Source: Candidatus Yonathbacteria bacterium
GTDB lineage: Bacteria; Patescibacteriota; Minisyncoccia; Phycocordibacterales; UBA1550
DNA: 64,000 bases
Reading direction: 5' to 3'
NCBI GenBank assembly: GCA_003483855.1
Contig: DMXP01000006.1
Span: forward strand, 24,280-88,279
In this document: positions 49,484 to 58,305 of the stretch, in pieces
How the letters are laid out: the number at the start of each line of letters is the position of its first letter
Numbering within the stretch: the first letter of the stretch is position 1
Notes under the pieces: generated by a model
Database searches by the model: none
Told to the model about the DNA's origin: nothing
The model's input: the letters and a program-made list of their open reading frames with translations, nothing else
Program-made: the position numbers and the translations under genes

Positions 49484-50617
49484 ATGAAGATCCCAAGAAT
49501 ATACAACAATATAGAAAAATATCTTCACCCGAACAAGGTTCTGGTTATTTTTGGCCCGCGACGAGTGGGCAAAACAACTCTCATTACTGATTTCCTTTCA
49601 ACATATAAAGGAAAATATCGCTTAGAGTCTGGGGATGACATTCGAGCGCGGGAGATCCTTGGTTCAGAAGACCTTTCTTTGCTAAAAGAATACGCAACGG
49701 GATACGACCTCATTGTCATCGACGAAGCGCAACGCATACCCAAGATCGGCTGGGGGCTAAAGTTGCTTGTTGACCATGTTCCGGGGATTCGTATCATCGC
49801 AACAGGATCATCATCGTTTGAACTTGCTGGACAAGTTGGAGAACCGCTTACCGGACGCAAACACACAATGACACTCTTCCCTCTTTCAGAAATTGAGCTA
49901 CTCGCCTATTATAACAACAATTCGTATGACCTTTCTTCAAAGCTTGCCGAGCGACTTGTGTTCGGTGGCTATCCAGAAGTTATTTCTGCAAAAAATACAC
50001 TTGAGCGAAAAGATGCTCTCGGTGAAATCGTCGGGTCGTATCTTCTCAAAGATATCATGGAGTTGGACCGTGTTCGCAATACAAAGATATTGAGTAACCT
50101 TGTTCGTCTCATTGCTTTTCAAATTGGAAACGAGGTTTCGTTGACCGAAATCGCGACAACCCTTGGCATAGACAGAAAAACGGTTGCTCGGTATATTGAC
50201 TTGCTTGAAAAATCCTTCATCCTCTACAATCTTCGTGGCTTTAGCCGTAACCTAAGAAAGGAAGTGACCAAAAAAAGCAAATATTACTTTTACGACATTG
50301 GTGTCCGTAATGCCATTATTTCAAACTTCAACAATCTTTCTGAGCGTGATGATGTGGGAGCGTTATGGGAAAATTTTTTAGTTATTGAGCGACTTAAAAC
50401 ACGCGTTTACAAAAACATCTCCGCGAATGACTACTTTTGGCGCACATGGGACCAAAACGAGGTTGACTTCGTTGAGGAACGCGAAGGAAAACTTTTTGGC
50501 TATGAATTTAAGTGGAAAAAGGCAAAAGCAAAAGAGCCAAAAAATTGGCGCGGAACATACCCGGAAGCAACTTACGGGGTGATCACTCCAGAAAATTATC
50601 TCCAAATATTAGAGTAG
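49484..50617 (+). CDS. AAA+ ATPase with DUF4143 (COG1373 family)
   Basis: Walker A FGPRRVGKTT and Walker B LIVIDEAQ, with a C-terminal DUF4143-like region. Start moved to MKIPRIY; the ORF could start at 49457. Confidence 0.65.
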   Translation: MKIPRIYNNIEKYLHPNKVLVIFGPRRVGKTTLITDFLSTYKGKYRLESGDDIRAREILGSEDLSLLKEYATGYDLIVIDEAQRIPKIGWGLKLLVDHVPGIRIIATGSSSFELAGQVGEPLTGRKHTMTLFPLSEIELLAYYNNNSYDLSSKLAERLVFGGYPEVISAKNTLERKDALGEIVGSYLLKDIMELDRVRNTKILSNLVRLIAFQIGNEVSLTEIATTLGIDRKTVARYIDLLEKSFILYNLRGFSRNLRKEVTKKSKYYFYDIGVRNAIISNFNNLSERDDVGALWENFLVIERLKTRVYKNISANDYFWRTWDQNEVDFVEEREGKLFGYEFKWKKAKAKEPKNWRGTYPEATYGVITPENYLQILE

Positions 50618-50733
50618 ATTGGAACAAAAACCCAACCATAATTGGAATGATTACGAGTGCCCATCTCAAATATGTTACATTACGCACGCCTATTGAAACA
50701 ACAAAAACGCTGGTATATGTATGGCAAACGTCT

Positions 50734-50801
50734 CCTTAAACCCTAAAGTCAAAAAGGCCGTTGAATACTTTTCCTTTCATTGCTTTGGCGATGAGAGACC
50801 A
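50734..50801. repeat. 68-bp direct repeat, copy 1 (orphan duplicate of the GT4 gene 3' end)
   Basis: ccttaaaccctaaagtcaaaaaggccgttgaatacttttcctttcattgctttggcgatgagMgacca is repeated at 51807-51874 with 1 mismatch. Confidence 0.85.
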
Positions 50802-50868
50802 GTTTATAAACTTTATAAACTATTGATTTTTTGACTAAGTTTATTAACTTTGATAAAATACGCTCATA

Positions 50869-51795
50869 ATGACAGTCCAGGAAAAATTAAAGATAATACA
50901 GAGAAATACTGGCTTGAGCCAAACAGAACTTAGCAAAAAACTCGGTGTGTCTCACGTTTCCTTTAGCAAGTGGTGGAATGGGCATACTTTGCCAAGGGGA
51001 AAATCCATTCTCTTGATAGACTCTCTTTATTTGGAAGTTACTGGTCAAAAAATTATTCCAAAGGATTACTTAACTGCTAAAAAGCAGGATCTTCTCAATT
51101 ATTCAAAAAAACATGGTGATATTATTAAAGAAATTATTTCTACCCCTGATATTAGAGATCAGTTTATGTTGAAACTCACCTATCATTCAAACAGCATAGA
51201 GGGTAGTACTCTTACAGAAAATGATACTGCAGCGATTCTTTTTGATAACGTGGCTCTGCCAAACAAGACACTTGTAGAGCAACTTGAAGCCAAGAACCAC
51301 CAAACAACGCTTTTGTATCTTTTTAATCATCTCGCTAAAAAGGGTGCTATTGATGAAGGTTTGATATTAAAACTGCACAGCATATTGATGAACGGTATTT
51401 ATGATGATGCTGGATTTTACCGTAGGCACGGTGTCCGTATTGTAGGAGCGAACATGCCAACAGCAAATTACTTGAAAGTTCCGGAGTTAATGAAGGATTT
51501 AGCGCGAAATATCAAAAAAGAAAAGGCGGATGCCGTGGCTCACGCATCTATAATTCACAGTATTTTTGAGAAAATTCATCCTTTTCCAGACGGTAACGGG
51601 CGAATTGGCAGATTGCTTATGATTGCAATGCTTTTGAAAGTCAATTTTGCCCCAGCTGTAATACACCAAGAAAATAAACGACTTTATTATACATACTTGA
51701 ATAGAGCGCAGACCAAAAATGACACTAGTCAATTGGAAGATTTTGTGTGTGACGCCATACTAGACGGATTTGAAATTTTAGAGAGAAAAATTTGA
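50869..51795 (+). CDS. Fic/Doc-family protein with N-terminal XRE-type HTH
   Basis: N-terminal ...LSQTELSKKLGVSHVSFSKW... (HTH). Fic motif HPFPDGNGRIGRLL. Confidence 0.8.
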   Translation: MTVQEKLKIIQRNTGLSQTELSKKLGVSHVSFSKWWNGHTLPRGKSILLIDSLYLEVTGQKIIPKDYLTAKKQDLLNYSKKHGDIIKEIISTPDIRDQFMLKLTYHSNSIEGSTLTENDTAAILFDNVALPNKTLVEQLEAKNHQTTLLYLFNHLAKKGAIDEGLILKLHSILMNGIYDDAGFYRRHGVRIVGANMPTANYLKVPELMKDLARNIKKEKADAVAHASIIHSIFEKIHPFPDGNGRIGRLLMIAMLLKVNFAPAVIHQENKRLYYTYLNRAQTKNDTSQLEDFVCDAILDGFEILERKI

Positions 51796-51806
51796 GGGAA
51801 CTAGAG

Positions 51807-51874
51807 CCTTAAACCCTAAAGTCAAAAAGGCCGTTGAATACTTTTCCTTTCATTGCTTTGGCGATGAGCGACCA
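51807..51874. repeat. 68-bp direct repeat, copy 2 (the authentic 3' end and stop of the GT4 gene)
   Basis: See copy 1. On the minus strand it encodes ...WSLIAKAMKGKVFNGLFDFRV*. Confidence 0.85.
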
Positions 51875-53064
51875 ATCGTATTTTTCGGCGACCAAGGTGC
51901 GTCCGTTTATGAATAGGCGGTTGCGGAGCGCTGGGTCGTCTATGAGGCGCTTTATTTGACGCGCGATGCTTTCTGGACTGTTTATATCCGCAAAAAGGCC
52001 AGTTGGCTCGTGATCTGGATTTTTGTCAGGATCAAAAAGGAAATCTGGGATACCTCCAACAGGTGTCGCAATAACGGGAATACCAGCCGCCATTGCCTCC
52101 AAAAATGAATTCCCATGTCCCTCCGAGCGCGAAGGTCTAATAAAAATATCAGACACCTTGAGATATTTTGGCATATCCTCGTGATGCACCTGACCGAGAA
52201 ATTGAACGCAATAATCATCAACGCCTTTTTCGCGAGCAAGGTTGCGAAGCATTTCCTCGTCGGGTCCTATGCCAAGAATTAAAAATTTAACATTGTGCGG
52301 AAGAAACACGAGCGCGCGAATTACCTCATCAACCGCATTTTTTGCAACCATACGCGACGTAGTAATTAGAAATATGTCGCCTGGATTCTTTCCAAGACTG
52401 TATTTCAATATTGAAAGCTCGTTCTCATAATATTCCTTTGCAAAGTGCTCCACGTTCACCGCATTTGGCACGACCTCGAGCGGTCCCACATATCCCATAT
52501 TGCGAGCGAACCCTGCAAGGTAGTTCGAAATAGTTTGAATGAAGTCCGCTCGCGCAAAAACTCGCTGTAGAAGCGGAAACGCAAACTGCAAGCGGTGTTT
52601 GATATATTCTATAGGGTCCCCCTCTTGAAGCGTAAGCAAAAAACGAACGTTTGGATTTCGCATTTTGAAAAAGAGCGCCGAGAAACCCGCATAATTTGCC
52701 ATCATTGCCCAAATGCCGTCATAGGCGTTTTTTTGTGAAGCGACTGCGCTTTTAGAAAACCCCAAATAGGAAAAAAATATTTATTGACTGAAAGTGGAAA
52801 ACGCGACAGGTCTGCAATATTTGGGTCCTTTGTTGCAAACCCTACGCGATGAACGTTCACGTTTCCTATTCGCTCAAACTTTGGGAGCGTTGAATCAAAA
52901 CGGAGCGTTACCATATCAAACACATAATCATCTCCCGAGGTTCGGTCAGTAATCTCTTTTATCGCCACCTCGGCTCCCGCAACTACATCAGGATAATACG
53001 CAAGGGAAAATATGAGTATTCGTTTCACTGATATAAGTTTATATAGAAATACCGCAAAAAACAA
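51809..53064 (-). pseudogene. GT4-family glycosyltransferase interrupted by a frameshift in an A7 (plus-strand T7) homopolymer at 52728-52734
   Basis: The N-terminal GT4 domain ORF (52702-53064, ...ILIFSLAYYPDVVAGAEVAIKEI...) and the C-terminal ORF (51809-52765, ...EGHGNSFLEAMAAGIPVIATPVGG...) overlap in different frames. One extra A (A8) would fuse them as ...SLHKKNAYDGIW.... Confidence 0.6.
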
Positions 53065-53070
53065 GCCGAG

Positions 53071-53340
53071 TTATTCAAAAAGGTCAGAGCGTGTTCCTGT
53101 GCGCACAAGGATGATATCATCGTCATCGTATTTCCAAATCAAGAGCAAGTCAAATTCTATATGACATTCCCAGCACCCTTCGTATTCCCCATGTAACTTG
53201 TGAAGTTTTGATGCTAAAGGAACATTTTTACCGAGACGAAGGCATTCGATCATCTCATAAAGCACCGCCACATCACGATTGTGGCGCACAATGCGTTTTA
53301 GATCACGATTAAATATTCCCGAAGGAAAAATCTTTCTCAT
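53071..53340 (-). CDS. yafQ: YafQ-family (RelE/ParE superfamily) toxin
   Basis: ...HKLHGEYEGCWECHIEFDLLLIWKYDDDDIILVRTGTRSDLF aligns with E. coli YafQ ...HPLQGSWKGYRDAHVEPDWILIYK...RTGTHAALF. The ATG overlaps the dinJ stop (ATGA). Confidence 0.65.
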   Translation of the reverse strand: MRKIFPSGIFNRDLKRIVRHNRDVAVLYEMIECLRLGKNVPLASKLHKLHGEYEGCWECHIEFDLLLIWKYDDDDIILVRTGTRSDLFE

Positions 53341-53621
53341 ACATGTGCGCGCCAATTCTTACCGAGTATATCAGTAAACATTGCTTCAGCTGAAGAATAT
53401 GATTTGAGATTTTCCCCAGACTTAGCATTTGCAATCGCTTTGCGCGTTTCGGCGTTTGGAATATTAAGAGAAAAAGGGATTCCTTTGTCGGTGGCAATAC
53501 GGCGATAAAATACATTGATAGCTTCAGACGGAGATATTCCTATTTTATGCAATACTGTTTCAGCCTTTTTTTTAACCGAAGGTTCTATACGAGCTCTCAC
53601 AAAAGATGTTTTTGTAGTCAT
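53337..53621 (-). CDS. dinJ: DinJ/RelB-family antitoxin
   Basis: MTTKTSFVRARIEPSVKKKAETVLHKIGISPSEAINVFYRRIATDKGIPFSL matches DinJ ...FVRARIDEDLK...ALPFDL. Start moved to the internal Met. Confidence 0.65.
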   Translation of the reverse strand: MTTKTSFVRARIEPSVKKKAETVLHKIGISPSEAINVFYRRIATDKGIPFSLNIPNAETRKAIANAKSGENLKSYSSAEAMFTDILGKNWRAHV

Positions 53622-53674
53622 ATGAGTATTGTAGCACATTTGTGCCACAATGCAAGAATTGAAATACGTGCGAA

Positions 53675-55051
53675 TTAGTGCGGTTCATTATCGTCAGTTT
53701 CCTCAATTATTTCAAAATCGTCTGCGTTTATGGTTGTCTTTTGTTCGATATTTTTAGTAAGGCGGATACCCGCTAGCGCAAGTGCTCCCAGAAACGCGGA
53801 GCCTACATACCATGGCCACAAACCTCTCTCCTGTCGTGGAGTAACTGAAGTGGCTGGCGCTTCAGAAATTGCATTCAGAGCGGACGCTTCCTGAAGTGAT
53901 GGCGCTTGCGGTGCCACACGAGTTTCCGCGCTTGCTACAACCTTCGTTTTTTCGGCAGTTTTCAAAACAGGAGCAGGGGCTTGCGAAGAAACTGCTTCAA
54001 CCTTTATTGGAACGCTTGTTCCATTTGGAAAACGAAGTTCGGGAATAATGCCAACAGGTGTGGCGAGCCCTGTTACCTCGCTGGCGAATGTTACGCTTCT
54101 GCGCGCTCCGAGAATTGTATTTTTTGGAAATGTAAAAATTTTTTCACCGCTTGCAACCTGCCAACTGGAAATATCAAGCTCGTCAGCGCCATTATTTTGA
54201 ATCGTAAAAAATGAACGCGTATTGTCACCCCCACTACTCAAAGAAAGATTCGGCAAAACAACGCGCACGAGCATCTTGTCAGTTGCAGTTAAACTTCCTG
54301 AGACAACATCGAGCACTGCGGTGTATTCACCGGGATAATAATATGTGTGCGAAACACTTTCGCCCACAGCCGACGCTCCATCGCCAAACGACCACGTTGT
54401 TTGCACGGCTCTACCAAAATTATTTTCCAGCCCAGCGATTTTCCCTTCAAAAATTATTGGCGCGCCTGCTAGCACCACACGAGTTTGCGGACCTGCCTGA
54501 GCTGTCACTTGTGGTGCTGTCTGTGTTGATGCTGTGTTTGTAGTTGTAGTTGTGTTTGTGGTTGTATTTGTTGCAACCGACTCATTTGCGCTTTGCGAAA
54601 CTGAATTCGCGACACCTGGTGTTGGTAACGCGTTCACCCATTCACCTGCCGTTATTCTTTGATAGCTCTCGCCTGCGTCAATACTTCCCCACCCGATTTG
54701 ATCAACATCTTTACCTTTTGAATCTCTAACGCGTATGGTGTTGGATTCAGTGAGCGTTATGTCTGTAACGATGTCAGAATTACTATATGAATTGCGAGAA
54801 ATTAAAAAATAACTATTTGCCTTGATTATTTTTCCATTTAGCTGGGTGCTTGATACCAATGAACCAAAACTGCTACCAGTAGCTGTTTTTCTTTGAATAT
54901 ACCAACCAGTCAAATCAACATCGGAACTACCAGAGTTATAAAGTTCTATAAATCTTTCATTTATCGGAGAAATTTGAACTTCATTAACAAACACTGTCGC
55001 AGAGACCGTCTGCGCGGAAAATAACATTAAAATAAAAATAATTTTTTTCAT
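53675..55051 (-). CDS. Secreted/membrane-anchored lamin-tail-domain (LTD) protein with Thr-rich linker and C-terminal TM anchor
   Basis: Signal-like MKKIIFILMLFSAQTVSA, then LTD motif VFVNEVQISPINERFIELYNSGSSDVDLTGWYI, a TNTTTNTTTTTNT linker and a C-terminal hydrophobic helix. Start moved to the internal Met (ATG at 55051). Confidence 0.6.
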   Translation of the reverse strand: MKKIIFILMLFSAQTVSATVFVNEVQISPINERFIELYNSGSSDVDLTGWYIQRKTATGSSFGSLVSSTQLNGKIIKANSYFLISRNSYSNSDIVTDITLTESNTIRVRDSKGKDVDQIGWGSIDAGESYQRITAGEWVNALPTPGVANSVSQSANESVATNTTTNTTTTTNTASTQTAPQVTAQAGPQTRVVLAGAPIIFEGKIAGLENNFGRAVQTTWSFGDGASAVGESVSHTYYYPGEYTAVLDVVSGSLTATDKMLVRVVLPNLSLSSGGDNTRSFFTIQNNGADELDISSWQVASGEKIFTFPKNTILGARRSVTFASEVTGLATPVGIIPELRFPNGTSVPIKVEAVSSQAPAPVLKTAEKTKVVASAETRVAPQAPSLQEASALNAISEAPATSVTPRQERGLWPWYVGSAFLGALALAGIRLTKNIEQKTTINADDFEIIEETDDNEPH

Positions 55052-55223
55052 ACTAAGTCTATGTAGCTCCTCAAACGCCTCGAGTACAAGGCGAAAACGT
55101 ATTGTTTTTTTGAGCCGTACGTCGCGCTTCAATGGACACTGCGCGACACGATTTTGCAAAATCGACGGTGAAAGAAAACCATACGTTTTCAACGAAGTAG
55201 ACGAGGATGTTTTAGGGGCGACA

Positions 55224-57173
55224 CTAATCGTCTCCGCGAAGGATTGCCGTCAGCACATCCTCGGGGACTTCGCGAGGTTTTGGAGGTTGTTCTTCACGTC
55301 TCGAATCAGCTGATTCTGAACCAGCAGGCTTCACGCCTTGGGCGAAGACTCTTGGACGTAGACTTGATTGCTCTTGGGCTACTGGAGGTGCCTTTGGCGT
55401 CGCGGTTGGTTTCTCAATTTCGCTGTCTAAAATCCCCGCTAAAGCAGCCTTGAGACCGCCTAAACTCTCTTTGGATGGGCCTTTGCTCCTTACTGGTGGA
55501 ATAGCGCCTTTTTGAGAATGACGGCTCTGTGTAAGAGTAGAAAGGCTCATTCTCTCTTCCTTGGGCTTGGGCTCCTGTGGCGCTGGTTTTTGGAAATCTT
55601 TAAATGCTTGAGCGAATGGCTTTTCAAATTTCTCAGGAGGTTTTGAATTTTCTTTTCGCGCAGGTCGCTCAAACATAGCACTGCTATCCCTTTGCACCAC
55701 AGGAGCTCGTTGGGTACTCTCCGCACGCGGTGCAGGGCGCTCGCGCGCTGGTTCTGGAGCCGGCGCTTCCATTCCTGTTCCATACCATTCGGTAATACTT
55801 TTCTCCACTTCCGCGCGTGTGTGTCCGTACAATTCTCGCGAGAACTTAATCACTTCTTCGCGAAGCGATTTTTTTGGTGGGGCAATCGGACCTAATGTTA
55901 CAGATGAAAATGGATGCGAAGCAACACCGTCAATCATGAGCTTGAGATACATTTGATATTTTCCAAGACTCACCATATCCTCTGCGGTAAAAACAGGGGC
56001 GTATTCTTTTTCCAAAACTTCTGCGTCTGGAGCGCCAACGCGAAACATAATCTGCGTACCGACATTTCCAAAAACTGCATCAGCGACTTTTTCATCCATC
56101 TGCTTGATATATTGGTGAGCAATAGTGAGCGCGAGTTTGTACTTGCGAGCTTCGGACAAAATATCGGCAAATGATTCGTTTGCGAACGATTGAAACTCGT
56201 CCACGTACATATAAAAGTTGGGAAGCCTTTTGAGTTCACCTTCGGTCAAGTCCGCGCGCGACATTGCGGCGAGGTAAATTTTTGTAATAATCATTCCACC
56301 CAAAAGAGCGGCGTTTCCTTCACCGAGTTGCCCTTTGGAAAGGTTCACAATGAGAATTTTCCGCTCGTCCATCATTTTTCGCAAATCAAAACTTGATTTC
56401 GGTTGCCCGATAATATTTCGAATGAGCGGGTTTGATGTGAATTGTCCGAGTTTGTTTTGAATTCCCGGTACTGCTTCTTTTGCATAGTTCTCGCTGTACT
56501 TTGCAAATTCATCAACCCAATACGCTTTTACCGATGGGTCCTTCACATTGTCGACGATTTTTTTCCTATACGCCTTGTCAGTAAGCATTCTGCTAACGCC
56601 GAGAAGCGTTGATTCAGGATATTCAAGGAGTGCGAGGAGCGCGTTCATCATAATATACTCCATACGCGAAGAAAAAGTTTCTGGTCCCCAAATCTTTTTA
56701 AATGCAGACATGAGTCCGTTTGCAATGAGGTGTCGCTTGTCTGGCCCTACGTCCTCCATCACATTGAAGGAAATCGGATTGTCTGTATCAAACGGCGCAA
56801 AGTAGACGACGTCTTTTAATCTCTCCGGTGGAATGTAGTCGAGAAGGAGCGCAGCTGATTTCCCGTGTGGATCTATAAATGCGATACCCTCGCCGTTTTT
56901 AATGTCCTGCACCACCATGTTTTCAATACACGTAGACTTGCCCATGCCCGTCTTGCCTATGATGTACATATGACGCGTGCGGTCTTCGGCTTTTATCCCA
57001 AATGGAACACGCTTGTTCCTGCGGTCTGTCTCCGCAAAGTACGTGATGCGATTTTTATCGTAGAGATACATAGTGTAGTTGGTAGTCACTAGTTTGTAGT
57101 GAATAGTGAGCACATAAAGTATATCACCAAACATAAACAAAAGAGAAACACGGGGGCGATGGGCAAAGCCCAT
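55224..57173 (-). CDS. TraD/VirD4/TrwB-like type IV coupling-protein family ATPase (DNA-translocating P-loop NTPase) with disordered Pro/Lys-rich C-terminus
   Basis: Walker A IIGKTGMGKST...FIDPHG, Walker B MYVDEFQSF, ...IAHQY.... Possible N-terminal TM (LLFMFGDILYVLTIHY). An alternative start lies at 57071. Confidence 0.5.
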   Translation of the reverse strand: MGFAHRPRVSLLFMFGDILYVLTIHYKLVTTNYTMYLYDKNRITYFAETDRRNKRVPFGIKAEDRTRHMYIIGKTGMGKSTCIENMVVQDIKNGEGIAFIDPHGKSAALLLDYIPPERLKDVVYFAPFDTDNPISFNVMEDVGPDKRHLIANGLMSAFKKIWGPETFSSRMEYIMMNALLALLEYPESTLLGVSRMLTDKAYRKKIVDNVKDPSVKAYWVDEFAKYSENYAKEAVPGIQNKLGQFTSNPLIRNIIGQPKSSFDLRKMMDERKILIVNLSKGQLGEGNAALLGGMIITKIYLAAMSRADLTEGELKRLPNFYMYVDEFQSFANESFADILSEARKYKLALTIAHQYIKQMDEKVADAVFGNVGTQIMFRVGAPDAEVLEKEYAPVFTAEDMVSLGKYQMYLKLMIDGVASHPFSSVTLGPIAPPKKSLREEVIKFSRELYGHTRAEVEKSITEWYGTGMEAPAPEPARERPAPRAESTQRAPVVQRDSSAMFERPARKENSKPPEKFEKPFAQAFKDFQKPAPQEPKPKEERMSLSTLTQSRHSQKGAIPPVRSKGPSKESLGGLKAALAGILDSEIEKPTATPKAPPVAQEQSSLRPRVFAQGVKPAGSESADSRREEQPPKPREVPEDVLTAILRGDD

Positions 57174-57186
57174 CGCCCCCGTGTTT

Positions 57187-58185
57187 TTATTTCACCTTCT
57201 TCTTATTAAGCATCATGAGAATAAGCCCAACCATTTTGTCTTTGTGCGTGGGGTCGCTCTCAGCAACTAGAAGTGTGATTGCCGTGAGTGCTGGCGGTGT
57301 GATACGCGTCGTATCAAGAACTTTTGCTTTTGCGAGGAACCACACGAAAGCATACGCGCCACTCCGTTTGTTGCCATCAATGAACGGATGATTTTTGATA
57401 ACGAAGTATAAGAAATGCGCCGCCTTCTCCTCGACGGTTGGGTACATATCTTTACCACCAAATGCTTGCGCGACATTACCAATGATCCCCGCGAGGCTTC
57501 CTCGCTCGCGCTCAGTCGCAAAAAGGTCAGTAGCTTCGCCTTTCGCAATGAGTGATTCTTTCAAAGTATCAAGCGCACCACCAAACATATCTGCGGTAAT
57601 TTTGACAGATTTTTTTGTCGCGCCTTTCGTCATCAGAGCATCTTTGTCGTACGCATCAAGTGAGAGCCATGTGTCAGAGAAAAGCGTGATGAGCTCAAGA
57701 ATACTCTCGGTGTCCATAGCTGTTCCAGCAGAAAGTAGCGCCTTCACATCAGCGACAGCTTTCAAAAAACCATCATAGTTTTTAGCAATGCGTGACTTGT
57801 TTATGGTGTAGCCATCAACAATATGCGCGCGGAGTGTTTTGGTTGCCCACTGGCGAAACTGAGTGGCAGTCTTTGAGTTGACTCTGTAGCCAACAGAGAG
57901 GATTGCGTCTAGGTTATAGTACTCGATAATACGTTCTACTTTACGTTTTCCTTCAGTTTGAACTGTTGCATTTTTTGCAACAGTTGACCTCGTGTCAAGT
58001 TCACCCTCTTGGTAGATATTTTTAAGATGGCGTGAGACAACAGACTTATCACGTCCAAAAACCTCAGCGATTTGATCGAGCGTCGCCCACACCGTCTCCC
58101 TACCAAAATCCCCACGAAGCTCAATAGCTCCCGACTTTGCCTGGTAGATAACGACTTCCTTTTTTATTTTTTGCAGTTTCATCAT
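57187..58185 (-). CDS. RhuM-family N-domain fused to a Fic/Doc domain
   Basis: ...IEYYNLDAILSVGYRVNSKTATQFRQWATKTL (RhuM) and HPFIDGNKRSGAYAF (Fic/Doc motif). Confidence 0.7.
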   Translation of the reverse strand: MMKLQKIKKEVVIYQAKSGAIELRGDFGRETVWATLDQIAEVFGRDKSVVSRHLKNIYQEGELDTRSTVAKNATVQTEGKRKVERIIEYYNLDAILSVGYRVNSKTATQFRQWATKTLRAHIVDGYTINKSRIAKNYDGFLKAVADVKALLSAGTAMDTESILELITLFSDTWLSLDAYDKDALMTKGATKKSVKITADMFGGALDTLKESLIAKGEATDLFATERERGSLAGIIGNVAQAFGGKDMYPTVEEKAAHFLYFVIKNHPFIDGNKRSGAYAFVWFLAKAKVLDTTRITPPALTAITLLVAESDPTHKDKMVGLILMMLNKKKVK

Positions 58186-58305
58186 TTCTAATTATATCAC
58201 AGAGGCACCAATTATTTCTGTACCTGTATGTGCCATTGTCATCTACACAAATTCGCAATATGCGTTTTTTGCATATTCTATATTAGAAATTCTATATTCT
58301 ATATT

